This document shows, piece after piece, positions 20,241 through 32,835 of a stretch of 64,000 bases of DNA. Source of the DNA: Eledone cirrhosa (Eukaryota). Numbering within the stretch: position 1 is the first letter of the stretch; each line of letters begins with the position of its first letter. Below the pieces are notes generated by a model. The model worked only from the letters and a program-made list of their open reading frames with translations, was not told where the DNA came from and searched no databases. The position numbers were made by a program, and so were the translations under genes. The stretch covers positions 36,642,001-36,706,000 of the forward strand of contig OZ024755.1 of assembly GCA_964016885.1 (NCBI GenBank), in the 5' to 3' direction.

Positions 20241-21082
20241 ACTCTTGTAGAGTGCACTTATCTAAGAAATGCAAGCATGGTAATATGGACTTAATTATGT
20301 CAATAATCCATATGTTATTATTTTAAAAAAATTTGATCTTTCAAGATAAAATAGTGCTATTGCTTGCTACACAACCATATTCTTCTGAGTAAATGATACA
20401 CTACACTTTTCATAGAACCCAAGCTACACTTTAATCATCCTTGCCTTTTCCTTCTTTTGTTTGCTCTGTAGAGTTTTATTTTTATACTAATTAAACTATA
20501 GTTCTTATGTATAAACTATTACAGTATGTTTTTCAAATTCCACTAGCATTCAGTTCATTTGCTATCCAGTCTGATCTCTCCTTCTCCAACAGTCTTGTTT
20601 CTTTTGCTTAACTTTTAATAAATACTTTATCTTCTCTAATTTCATGATAAAATGCACCTGTACACTCTGAGTAATGGTTGGCAGATAAACAGAGATAATG
20701 TAGAGGAGAGCTGACATTTTAGTCTTGATGAGGACATGACAACCTCTCTAGTTCTGGTGCTATAATAAAATTCACCCAGTACACTCTGTAAAATGGTTGG
20801 TGTTAGGAAGGGCATCTAACCAAACAAGAATGACTTACCCAGCCTATACCAGCTTAGCGGTAGCTAATTGACACTATGTTTAGATGGCATGGTTTTGTAA
20901 ATTTCCATGAATGGAGAATATTTTTATGACATTTTAATATTTTGATATCTAAAATGTTTTAAGTGTTGTTTAGAGTATAGTCTTTGGTCGTGTAGGTGTC
21001 ATGACAAAAAGTGGCCAGCACACACTATAAATGTGATTGGCATTAGGAAGAACATCCAGCTGTAGAAAACCAGCCAAACAGA

Positions 21083-21440
21083 AAAGGGGTTTACCGCTAT
21101 GAAATGGGAAGATGGTTACACCATCTGGCCTTTTGCCATCCCCTCGGTCCAGCCCCACCAGCTCGAGCTGGGAGGGAAGCCTGCAACAGCCAAGCCATGC
21201 TTTATGACCTCATTGAGAGCAGCATGGCGTGGAAGGTGGTTGGCACTGTAGCGACAGGAAAGCGGGTGGAGGCCAAAAGAGTCCACGGTAAATATATACT
21301 GATGAATCAGTGCAGCGTGATAGTCTGAACACTACATTTTCCCACTGCCCAGTTTATTAGCTGCAGATTCTTGTGGTGGCTACATGAGAAATGGGCTAGG
21401 CCAGTGATTCACAGTGTGGGGCGCATGCCCCACAAGGGAG
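21083..21440 (-). mobile_element. CRE-like non-LTR element, zinc knuckle plus RLE fragment
   Basis: GLHPLSC..RHAALNEVIK..GLDRGDGKRPDGVTIFPF..GKPL, with a frameshift. Confidence 0.8.
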
Positions 21441-21510
21441 CAATTTGAAAATGATGTTAATGAGAGCAAACTTCAGGTTTTACCCTATTTCTTTTACACC
21501 AAGGCAACTT

Positions 21511-23505
21511 TGGTACACATTACTGTCAGAAACTCCTGTCTCACCTCCTCCACATGTTATTGTACATCTGGCACCACCTATATGGCAGACATTACTGTCA
21601 GAAACTCCTGTCTCACCTCCTCCACATGTTATTGTACATCTGGCACCACCTATATGGTACACATTACTGTCAGAAACTCCTGTCTCACCTCCACCACAGG
21701 TTATTGTACATCTGGCACCACCTATATGGTACACATTACTGTCAGAAACTCCTGTCTCACCTCCACATGTTATTGTACATCGGACACCACCTATATGGTA
21801 CACATTACTGTCAGAAGCTCCTGTCTCACCTCTTCCACCACATGTTATTGTACATCTGGCACCACCTATATGGTACACATTACTGTCAGGAACTCCTGTC
21901 TCACCTCCACATGTTATTGTACATCGGACACCACCTATATGGTATACATTACTGTCAGAAACTCCTGTCTCACCTCCTCCACATGTTATTGTACATCTGG
22001 CACCACCTATATGGTACACATTACTGTCAGAAACTCCTGTCTCACCTCTTCCACCACATGTTATTGTACATCTGGCACCACATATATGGTATACATTACT
22101 GTCAGAAACTCCTGTCTCACCTCCTCCACATGTTATTGTACATCTGGCACCACCTATATGGTACACATTACTGTCAGAAACTCCTGTCTCACCTCCTCCA
22201 CATGTTATTGTACATCTGGCACCACCTATATGGCAGACATTACTGTCAGAAACTCCTGTCTCACCTCCTCCACATGTTATTGTACATCTGGCACCACCTA
22301 TATGGTACACATTACTGTCAGAAACTCCTGTCTCACCTCCTCCACATGTTATTGTACATCTGGCACCACCTATATGGCAGACATTACTGTCAGAAACTCC
22401 TGTCTCACCTCTTCCACCACATGTTATTGTACATCTGGCACCACCTATATGGTACACATTACTGTCAGAAACTCCTGTCTCACCTCCTCCACATGTTATT
22501 GTACATCTGGCACCACCTATATGGCAGACATTACTGTCAGAAACTCCTGTCTCACCTCTTCCACCACATGTTATTGTACATCTGGCACCACCTATATGGC
22601 AGACATTACTGTCAGAAACTCCTGTCTCACCTCTTCCACCACATGTTATTGTACATCTGGCACCACCTATATGGTACACGTTACTGTCAGAAACTCCTGT
22701 CTCACCTCCACCACATGTTATTGTACATCTGGCACCACCTATATGGCAGACATTACTGTCAGAAACTCCTGTCTCACCTCCTCCACATGTTATTGTACAT
22801 CTGGCACCACCTATATGGCAGACATTACTGTCAGAAACTCCTGTCTCACCTCCTCCACATGTTATTGTACATCTGGCACCACCTATATGGCAGACATTAC
22901 TGTCAGAAACTCCTGTCTCACCTCCTCCACCACATGTTATTGTACATCTGGCACCACCTATATGGTACACATCACTGTCAGGAACTCCTGTCTCACCTCC
23001 TCCACCACATGTTATTGTACATCTGGCACCACCTATATGGTACACATTACTGTCAGGGACTCCTGTCTCACCTCTTCCACCACATGTTATTGTACATCTG
23101 GCACCACCTATATGGTACACATTACTGTCAGGAACTCCTGTCTCACCTCCTCCACATGTTATTGTACATCTGGCACCACCTATATGGCAGACATTACTGT
23201 CAGGAACTCCTGTCTCACCTCCTCCACATGTTATTGTACATCTGGCACCACCTATATGGTACACATCACTGTCAGGAACTCCTGTCTCACCTCCTCCACC
23301 ACATGTTATTGTACATCTGGCACCACCTATATGGTACACATTACTGTCAGGAACTCCTGTCTCACCTCCTCCACATGTTATTGTACATCTGGCACCACCT
23401 ATATGGTGCACATTACTGTCAGGAACTCCTGTCTCACCTCCTCCACATGTTATTGTACATCTGGCACCACCTATATGGTACACATTACTGTCAGGAACTC
23501 CTACC
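21511..23505. repeat. 72-bp (69/72/75) minisatellite, about 27-28 copies
   Basis: Unit GGTACACATTACTGTCAGAAACTCCTGTCTCACCTCCTCCACATGTTATTGTACATCTGGCACCACCTATAT. Confidence 0.98.
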
Positions 23506-24458
23506 CACACGTTACTCTACATCTGGCATCACCCATACACCAATCCCTCTCAATGCTAGTATACCAACTGGTAGGAGAGAATGCAAGGGGACATTCAAGT
23601 CTTGTACCTTCCTATCTCTGTGTGTATGTGTTCTTTATGTTTAACTGGGTTGAGTAGGTAAGATGTTGTAATATTGCTCTAGAGTGTCATATATGTGCCT
23701 GGCCTTTCTCTCGCAGACTTGTACGTCTTATGTGTTGGCCGCCATAATAATAATAATATTCAGAGATCCACAGACATGGAGCTGGTTAAAAAGAGGAGAC
23801 CTTTAAAAAGCTACAGAGGGAATGCTAATGGCTGCAAAAGAGCAAGCCCTCAGAAAGAAGTGGGTGAAACACCATATTGACAAGAAGGAGGCTAGCTGAT
23901 TCTTTAGGATCTGTAGAGAGAGAGAGAGGAGACTGGCTCACATCATATCTGAGTGTAAACACCTAGCACAGACTCACTATAAATACTGGATACATGATAT
24001 GATAGGAAGGGTGACTCACTGGCATTTATGTAAACTAAATAATTTACCACATTCTGAGAAGTGGTATGAGCATAAGCCAGAGAAGATGATAGAAAACGAT
24101 TGAGTGAAGGTGCTATGGGATTTCAGGATACAGACAGACAAGAAATTAGAACACAATAGGCCTGACTGGTTGTTTGGAAATGGGTTTTCATGTAGTGATG
24201 GACTAGGGTTGGTGGTTGTAGCATGCTGCAAATGAAATATGAAATTTAAATACTTAAACTGAAAAGCTATTCATTATCCATTCAGCCTTTTTGACACACC
24301 AATATTTTTAATAATTGTTTCTACCATTGGCACAAGGCCAGCAATTACCCCAGTACATTACTGGTACTTTATTTTATCGACCCTGTAAGGATGAAAGGCA
24401 AAGTTAACCTCGGCGGGATTTGAACTCATTTGAACCAATATTTTTAATAATAAAAGCA

Positions 24459-24468
24459 TTTATTTATT
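24459..24468 (-). promoter_or_regulatory. Candidate polyadenylation signal of SMYD4 (overlapping AATAAA hexamers)
   Basis: TTTATTTATT on the plus strand about 60 nt past the stop; region is AT-rich so chance occurrence is possible. Confidence 0.45.
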
Positions 24469-24524
24469 TTTTTTACAGGAAATACACAAAGTCAATTCAT
24501 TTGAATTTAAGATTTTCCATATTT

Positions 24525-24772
24525 CTATAGAGTGAGTTTAGATTCAAGCAAAGTAAGTTCTTTATATTCAGGACATTTCAAACCAAAATGTATTGAAAAT
24601 AGACTTTTTGCTCGGTTGATAATATCTAAAGCTTTTTTGTTTTCTCCCGTTATGTAGAGTAATTCAGAGAATTTCTGAAGTTCTCGTGCCAATTCTAGGC
24701 TGCCACTTCCATAACACTGTTCAATAATTGGCAAACTGGAATTTAAAATTTCACAAGCTTCTTTATATTGAC
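24525..24772 (-). CDS. SMYD4: SMYD4 exon 17, terminal (..YGSGSLELARELQKFSELL..stop)
   Basis: TTTTCAG acceptor; YGxxSxExxxELxK motif; TAG stop at 24525-24527. Confidence 0.92.
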
Positions 24773-27700
24773 CTGAAAATAAAATAAAAATATATAGAAT
24801 CTGTTTTACAGCCAGATGCTCTTACTGACATCAACTCTTCTCATAATTTCTTACAACACACAGGGTTATAGTGTACCTATTCTAAACCCAATACATATGG
24901 TAAAGATACACACGGCAATGATATGCAAGGAAATACACAAATAAAAATAATATACTCACCAAGAGAAGTCAAACAACGAGCAATGCAGTCCTGTACTTCT
25001 CCATAGTCTTTACTGTGATGTGTAAGTAATCTCTTCCGCACATCAGCACAGAGGCGGAAAATATTGAGGGCCGCTGGAAAGTAGTGATATTGTTTATTTA
25101 GAGATGTCTGGCAAGGTGAGATAACTAGGTGAGGACTTTGTAATATAACTATGACTTTACAGAAATCAGGAAATGTTGGCAAGAATATAGAGTGTAAAAC
25201 ATTTACATATACAAACTATTGACTCAGTGAATATGCCTCTCTTCACATTTATTGCTATATCTACAATACTTCTCTACCACCATGTCACCCTATATGTAGC
25301 TGGTACCTTACCCCAACCACAAATCTCAACTTTAGCCCACAATAGGTTGTCTTGCAGGAATTTCCAGTAGTTCTCTATGTTATAGAACTCAAATTATTTC
25401 TCCTCCTTATCCAGGACTTCATCTTCTTCTTGTGATGCTAAGCTCTGCCAGTTACAGACTGCGCATTAACATGTGCCATCTCTCTTCATGAAGTTCGATC
25501 ACCAGCAGCAGAGTTTAAAGAGCAAAGATCAAGTCCAGTCCATAAGTTGACAGTGTCAAGCCATCGTTTTGGCTGCCAGCCACTGCTTCTCTTACCAGCC
25601 AACCTTCCTTCCAGGAATATATAATTGTTTCTACTTTTGGCACAAGGTCAGCAAATATCCCAGTGTATTACTGGTACTTTATTTTATCGACCCTGTAAGG
25701 ATGAAAGGCAAAGTTAACCTTGGTGGGATTTGAACTCAGACCATAAAGGGCCGTAACTCTTTGCTGCAAAGCATGGCGTCCGACCCTCTACTAATACTGC
25801 CAATCCACCGCCCTAAGGAATATATAATTGTTTCTACTTTAGGCACAAGGCCAGCAATTACCCAGTACATTACTGGTACTTTATTTTATCGACCCCGTAA
25901 GGATGAAAGGCAAAGTCAACCTCGGCGGGATTTGAATATATAATACCTTTCGATCACCAACAGCAGAGTTCAAAGAGCAAAGATCAACTCCAGTCCATAG
26001 GTAGACATTGTCAAGCCATCGTTTTGGCTGCCAGCCTCTGCTTCTCTTACCAGCCAACCTTCCTTCCAGGTATAACCTACTCGTACCATGAGTTGATCTT
26101 TTTATATGGCCGTATAGTTTGAGTACTCTTGACTTGACAATTGATGTAATTGGTCTAAGTTTGGTAATGTTGAGCAGCTCACTGATACAGATACGGTCGC
26201 TGAGCTCCTTGCCTGTCATAAGTCTCATGATGTGGTTCTGGAATGTAGAGAGCTTCTGAAGTGGCCTTGTCATCCAATTAACACAGTCAAGACCAGCTCA
26301 CTGATACAGATACGGTCGCTTCTGAAGTGACCTTGCCGTCCAATTAACACAGTCAAGACCATATAATGCAACTGGTAGGACTTCATCTAGTACGTCTCTA
26401 AACCTAGTTATTCATTGGTACCTTAAGTTTTATATCCTCATTCTACAGACTGTCTTAAGTTTGTGTCTAGCTCTTACTCAGATGTCACTAATCATTAATC
26501 AATGCTGGGTGGTGCATTCTTCATCAAGGTAAGCATTTACAACCATACATCCATAATGTTTCCTGGTAAGAATAACATCTATCTAGATTCTATGTTCATC
26601 TGATTGGTAGGTGATCAGATGGCCGGTCGGTTACCTTATGTTGGCATTGCAGATCATCAAGCCATTTGCATCACAAAACTTCAAGAGCCTTGATCGCTCT
26701 TCATTTATAATGCCAAGGCCAAAGACTCAATGTACATCATAGAAGCCATCCTGGTGCTGCCAAACAAATCCATTATTTTATATATAAATACAGGGTGGTG
26801 GATTGGCAGTATCGGTAGAGGGTCGGAAGCCATGCTTTACAATCTGAGTTCAAATCCCGCCGAGGTTGACTTTGCCTTTCATCCTTACGGGGTCGATAAA
26901 ATAAAGTACCAGTAATGCACTGGGTATTTGCTGGCCTTGTGCATAAAGTAGAAACAATTATTTTATATATAAATAACAAATTTAATATAGAAATGGCTTT
27001 TACAAGACTAGGAGCCATTTCTATATTAAATTTCTTGTATACACTCTACTAATGTATTGAGTACCTTACTTATCAATTGAGCCCAGGACTCACACATACA
27101 CACACATATATATATATATATAGGTTTGACTGTGCAAACAAGAAACGTCACTCAATACATGGGCAGAGTGATGTATATTATATTATAACTGTGAAACTAT
27201 AACAGTGACTCAAGAGCCTGGAATCTTGTGACGCTAAACTCTGCCAGTTGCAGACTGCATATCAACATGAGATATCTCTCTCCACAAAGTTCGATCACCA
27301 GCAGCAGAGTTCAAAGAGCAAAGATCAAGTCCAGTCCATAAGTTGACATTGTCAAGAATTTGTTTAACATACTTGTACACAACTATATTTACATTCAAAA
27401 GGTATTTAGACACCAAAACTAATATTCAGGCAATATATTAAGCAATTATACAGAACAAAAGAAAGGTACCTAATGGTATTTGGATATGTTTGATGTTAGT
27501 AATGATGACAATGGGATACCATAGATGAGTGGGCAAAAATAAACACTTACCTTCAATATTGGAAGATTCTAATAAGGAGAGAGCTTTCTTGAAGTTATCG
27601 GCATCTGCTAGCAAAACTGACTTAGTATGTTTCTTGGCATTTTTACAAGCTAACTGTGACAAACACTGAAAGCATTCTTCATCCTAAAGTCAAAACAACA

Positions 27701-30700
27701 AGAAGTTATTTTAATGAATATAGAAGAGATGTATTTATTAAAGACATTATAGAAATTTATGTATACAAATATAAATATATTGATTGATGTATAATTGTGC
27801 AAATTTCTGCTTGTATGTACATATTGAAGATGTTGAAGCAAATTCACTCCGTGACAAGCTGAATTTTCATATCATCATTTAACGTCCATTTTCCACGCTA
27901 GCATGGGTTAGATGGGTTGTCTCGTTTGAGGCAAGTCGGGTCAGGTGACCATGTCTTGCTCATACAGAACTGTTTCTGGCTTGGTTTCTACAGCCAGATG
28001 CCCTTGCTAACGCCAACCACATTTACAGTGTGTGCTGGGTGCTTTTTGTTGTGACACCTACACGACCACTTTACAGTGTGTGCTGGGTGCTTTTTGTTGT
28101 GACACCTACATGACCACTTTATAGTGTGTGCTGGGTGCTTTTTGTTGTGACACCTACATGACCACTTTACAGTGTGTGCTGGGTGCTTTTTGTCATGACT
28201 CCTATTTGACCACTTTACAGTGTGCTGGGTACTTTTTGTCATGACACCTACACGACCACTTTACAGTGTGTGCTGGGTGCTTTTTGTTGTGACTCCTACA
28301 CGACCACTTTACAGTGTGTGCTGGGTGCTTTTTGTTGTGACACCTACATGACCACTTTACAGTGTGTGCTGGGTGCTTTTTGTTGTGACACCTACATAAC
28401 CACTTTACAGTGTGTGCTGGGTGCTTTTTCTCGTGACTCCTATATGACCCCTTTACAGTGTGCTGGGTACTTTTTGTCATGACACCTACACGACCACTTT
28501 ACAGTGTGTGCTGGGTGCTTTTTGTTGTGACACCTACACAACCACTTTACAGTGTGTGCTGGGTGCTTTTTCTCATGACTCCTACACAACCACCATGTTT
28601 TGTCTAACCTATGCAAGCATCGAAAACTGGTCGTTAAATGGTGATGATGATGATGTCTTTGTCAGACATAGTAGAAGAAAGTTTAACAGCACAAGGAGAT
28701 GTGAGAGTTAAATATGGTGTAGAGTTCATACAGTGTAAACATCAGAGAGGCACTAGTTGCTAATGAGTTGTGTGGTGATGGTGGTGGTGGAGGTGGTGGC
28801 GGTGGTGGTGATGGTGGTGGTGGTGATAGTGGTGGTGGTGGAGATGGTTGTGGTGGTGGTGGTGATGGTGGTGGTGATGGTGGTGGTGGTGGTGGTGATG
28901 ATGGTGGTGGTGATAGTGGTGGTGGTGATGGTGGTGGTGGTGATGGTGGTGGTGATAGTGGTGGTGGTGCTGATGGTGGTGGTGGAGATGGTTGTGGTGG
29001 TGGTGGCGATGGTGGTGGTGGTGGTGTTGGTGGTGATGGTGATGGTGGTGGTGATGGTGGTGGTGGTGGTGTTGGTGGTGGTGATTGGGATTACAGTTAA
29101 GAGGATGACAGAGAGGAAGACAATAACAAAAGTAACAATGATAATATTCATGATGGTAGTGGTGATGATATACCAAAGATGAAGGTTTATTCGACCCTTC
29201 CACAATACAGGCTTCACAATGACATGTAAAGAAATATTGATCCTTCAGAATCTGTTGACGTTCCAGAAAATCCATCCTGAAGCTATGAGGTCCTACAAAG
29301 AGAAATGTCAGGATCATGTCAAATTTGTGATGAAACTGTACCAAAGGTCATATCAGAAATGTTTCTAACATCTTTAGTGTAGAAGGATCACTAAGCTTTA
29401 TCTCTAAAAATCTAAATGATACTACAGTGAACTGAGGACACTAAAGTGTGATAACAACATACAAAAGATATTGATTTCTTTATTGATTATATATTTATTT
29501 ATCCAAAAGATAACATTAACCCTTTAGCATTTACTATTTATAATAATGATAATAATGAAATTATTGTGTAAAGTGGTCAGGTGCACTACAACTTGTCAAT
29601 ATAGTACATAGAATAATACACAAATGTCAGGGAAGTACATGTGTGTATGTGTTAGCTGTAGTGTTGGCGGATCTCGGGAAGCATGGAGACCTTAAAGGAT
29701 GCAGTGTCTCGACAGCTAACAACTGATGCAGGTAGTTTGTTCCATGCTTCAGCAACTCTTTTACTACACTATATTTACTATTGTATTTTCACGGTAAACA
29801 CTATCTCACATAACAGAATTTACGAGATTTTGATATTATTTATTTTGAGAAAAATACCTTAACAGCAGCCGGTTTGAACAGAAAAGGTGAGAGAATTATG
29901 GCCAGATATGGTTGGTTTAAATGCTAAATGGTTAATGAGTAACAAAAATGAAGCATAGATATTGCAATACGAAAGCAGTTCAGTTAAGTATGAATATTGG
30001 AGTGTATTAATATGTAAGATGAAAATAATATTGTACCGTAACAACTGAAAATTTCTTTTCCTTTTGTGATATCTCTTACTGAACGAACAATCAAACTATC
30101 TTTCTGAAAACTAAAAACAAACATTATGATAGTTTTTGGTTAAAAAGTCATTTTATCATTTTATATTTCTTTTAGTTCTGTTAAAAAAACATGTCGGGTC
30201 ACACCTGAGTGCTACTGGTAACATGTAACCCAGTACAACCTGTCACATGGTTGGGTCGTCGGCGACTAAACTGGCAACCTCACCAAGTTTACTTGGTGAG
30301 GAGGGTGATTTTGGACACCCTGCAGGACAAAAGCCAAAACCTGACAAAGGGCGGAAGAACTCATAAGAGTCAACAGCCATCTAAAAAGAATTAAAAAAAA
30401 TCCTGCCAAATCAATGGGTGGCAGTGGTTCCAGCTACACACATCAAAAGACTGGTGTAGTGGTTCTGAGAACAATGTGGCTTTGCAGATGATCAATACAA
30501 ATTGACAATGGAAAGGTGCTCCCGCTCGAGTTAGAAGAGAACTATTGACCTTCAGGAGAAGCAGTGACCCCTGATTGTATTCAGCAACCAAAACAAATAT
30601 GAAGTACACCAAATCCAATGCTCCTAGGGGTGGCCCTGGTTCTTCTTATTTGTGAGTGTAAACTCGGCCAGATTAGATTAGATTAGATTAGATTAGATAA

Positions 30701-32803
30701 AAAAACAGAAAAACTAAATACTTTCATAAAAATTGACAGAAAAATTAAAAGTATTACGGTTTTGTTTATAATTTCCTCAAAATAAGAAATATTTCAAATT
30801 TGATTTCAAAACAAAAATCTAATAACAAACAATCTATAAACAAACAAAAATATATTTGTACCTTAAAGAGATGGATGGCTGACAAGAATGGTTTAGAAGA
30901 CTGGATGTTGGATATAAAGCTGTAGCTACACGGACCTGGCTGGATGTTTGGACAGAGATACCGTCATTAAGTGCAGTAGGACTTGGATGAGAAAGGTCTA
31001 GCTTTGTTATAGCATGAGCATTACATATAAGTTGTTGAATATGCTGTAGTAGAGCAGCACCAACATAGCGATGTGGCTCAGACCAGATTAAACCACTTTC
31101 CTTTGTTTTCTTACCAGAACTGTCTAATATCTCTTCAACTGTATACTTGTCTTGGAACCATCCAAATTGATTCAATATATGAAGCAAGAGAGCAGCAGTC
31201 TGGCAAAAAAGATTTAGAAAAAGTATTTTGCAGTTTTAGATGTGGAATAATTATAAAATACACCAGAACATGTCATAATTGAATGGAGATCAATGAAGAC
31301 AAGGAATGAAGTTGTGAAGCAAGAGAGCAGCAGTCTGGCAAAAAAGATTTAGAAAAAGTATTTTGCAGTTTTAGATGTGGAATAATTATAAAATACACCA
31401 GAACATGTCATAATTGAATGGAGATCAATGAAGACAAGGAATGAAGTTGTGAAGCAAGAGAGCAGCAGTCTGGCAAAAAAGATTTAGAAAAAGTATTTTG
31501 CAGTTTTAGATGTGGAATAATTATAAAATACACCAGAACATATCATAATTGAATGGAGATCAATGAAGACAAGGAATGAAGTTGTGAAGTATGATTTAAA
31601 GAAACTGAACCTCATCGAACTGAGTTGACTGACAATATACCATAATACAATAGACTCACCCGCGACACACACATATATATACACATCAACATATACACAT
31701 ATATACATATCAACATATACACATATATACATATCAACATATACATACATACACATATATACACATCAACATATACATACATACACATATATACACATCA
31801 ACATATACATACATACACATATATACACATCAACATATACATACATACATACACATATATACACATCAACATATACATACATACACATATATACACATCA
31901 ACATACACATATATACACATCAACATATACATACATATCAACATACACATATATACACATCAACATATACATACATACACATATATAGTCATCAACATAT
32001 ACATACATACACATCAACATATACATACATACACATATATACACATCAACATATACATACAAGCACATATATACACATCAACATATAGATACACATCAAC
32101 ATATACATAATACACACATCAACATACACATATATACACATCAACATATACATATATACACATCAACATATACATACATACACATATATACACATCAACA
32201 TATACATACATACACATATATACACATCAACATATACATACATGCACATATATACACATCAACATATACATACATACACATATATACACATCAACATATA
32301 CATAATACACATATATACACATCAACATATACATACATACACATATATACACATCAACATATACATACATGCACATATATACACATCAACATACACATAC
32401 ATACACATATATACACATCAACATATACATACATGCACATATATACACATCAACATACACATATATACACATCAACATATACATACATACACATATATAC
32501 ACATCAACATATACATACATACACATATATACACATCAACATATACATACATACACATATATACACATCAACATATACATACATGCACATATATACACAT
32601 CAACATACACATATATACACATCAACATATACATACATATCAACATACACATATATACACATCAACATATACATACATACACATATATACACATCAACAT
32701 ATACATACATACACATATATCTACATATACATACATACACATCAACATATACATACATACACATATATACAGGCACACTTACATGTTCGCACATTGTGTA
32801 TAT

Positions 32804-32835
<32 letters not shown>

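Noticed and set aside
28753-29173. Poly-His, poly-Gly, poly-Val and poly-Thr ORFs
   Set aside because: Trinucleotide tract in intron 14; the real exon ends at the donor at 29174.
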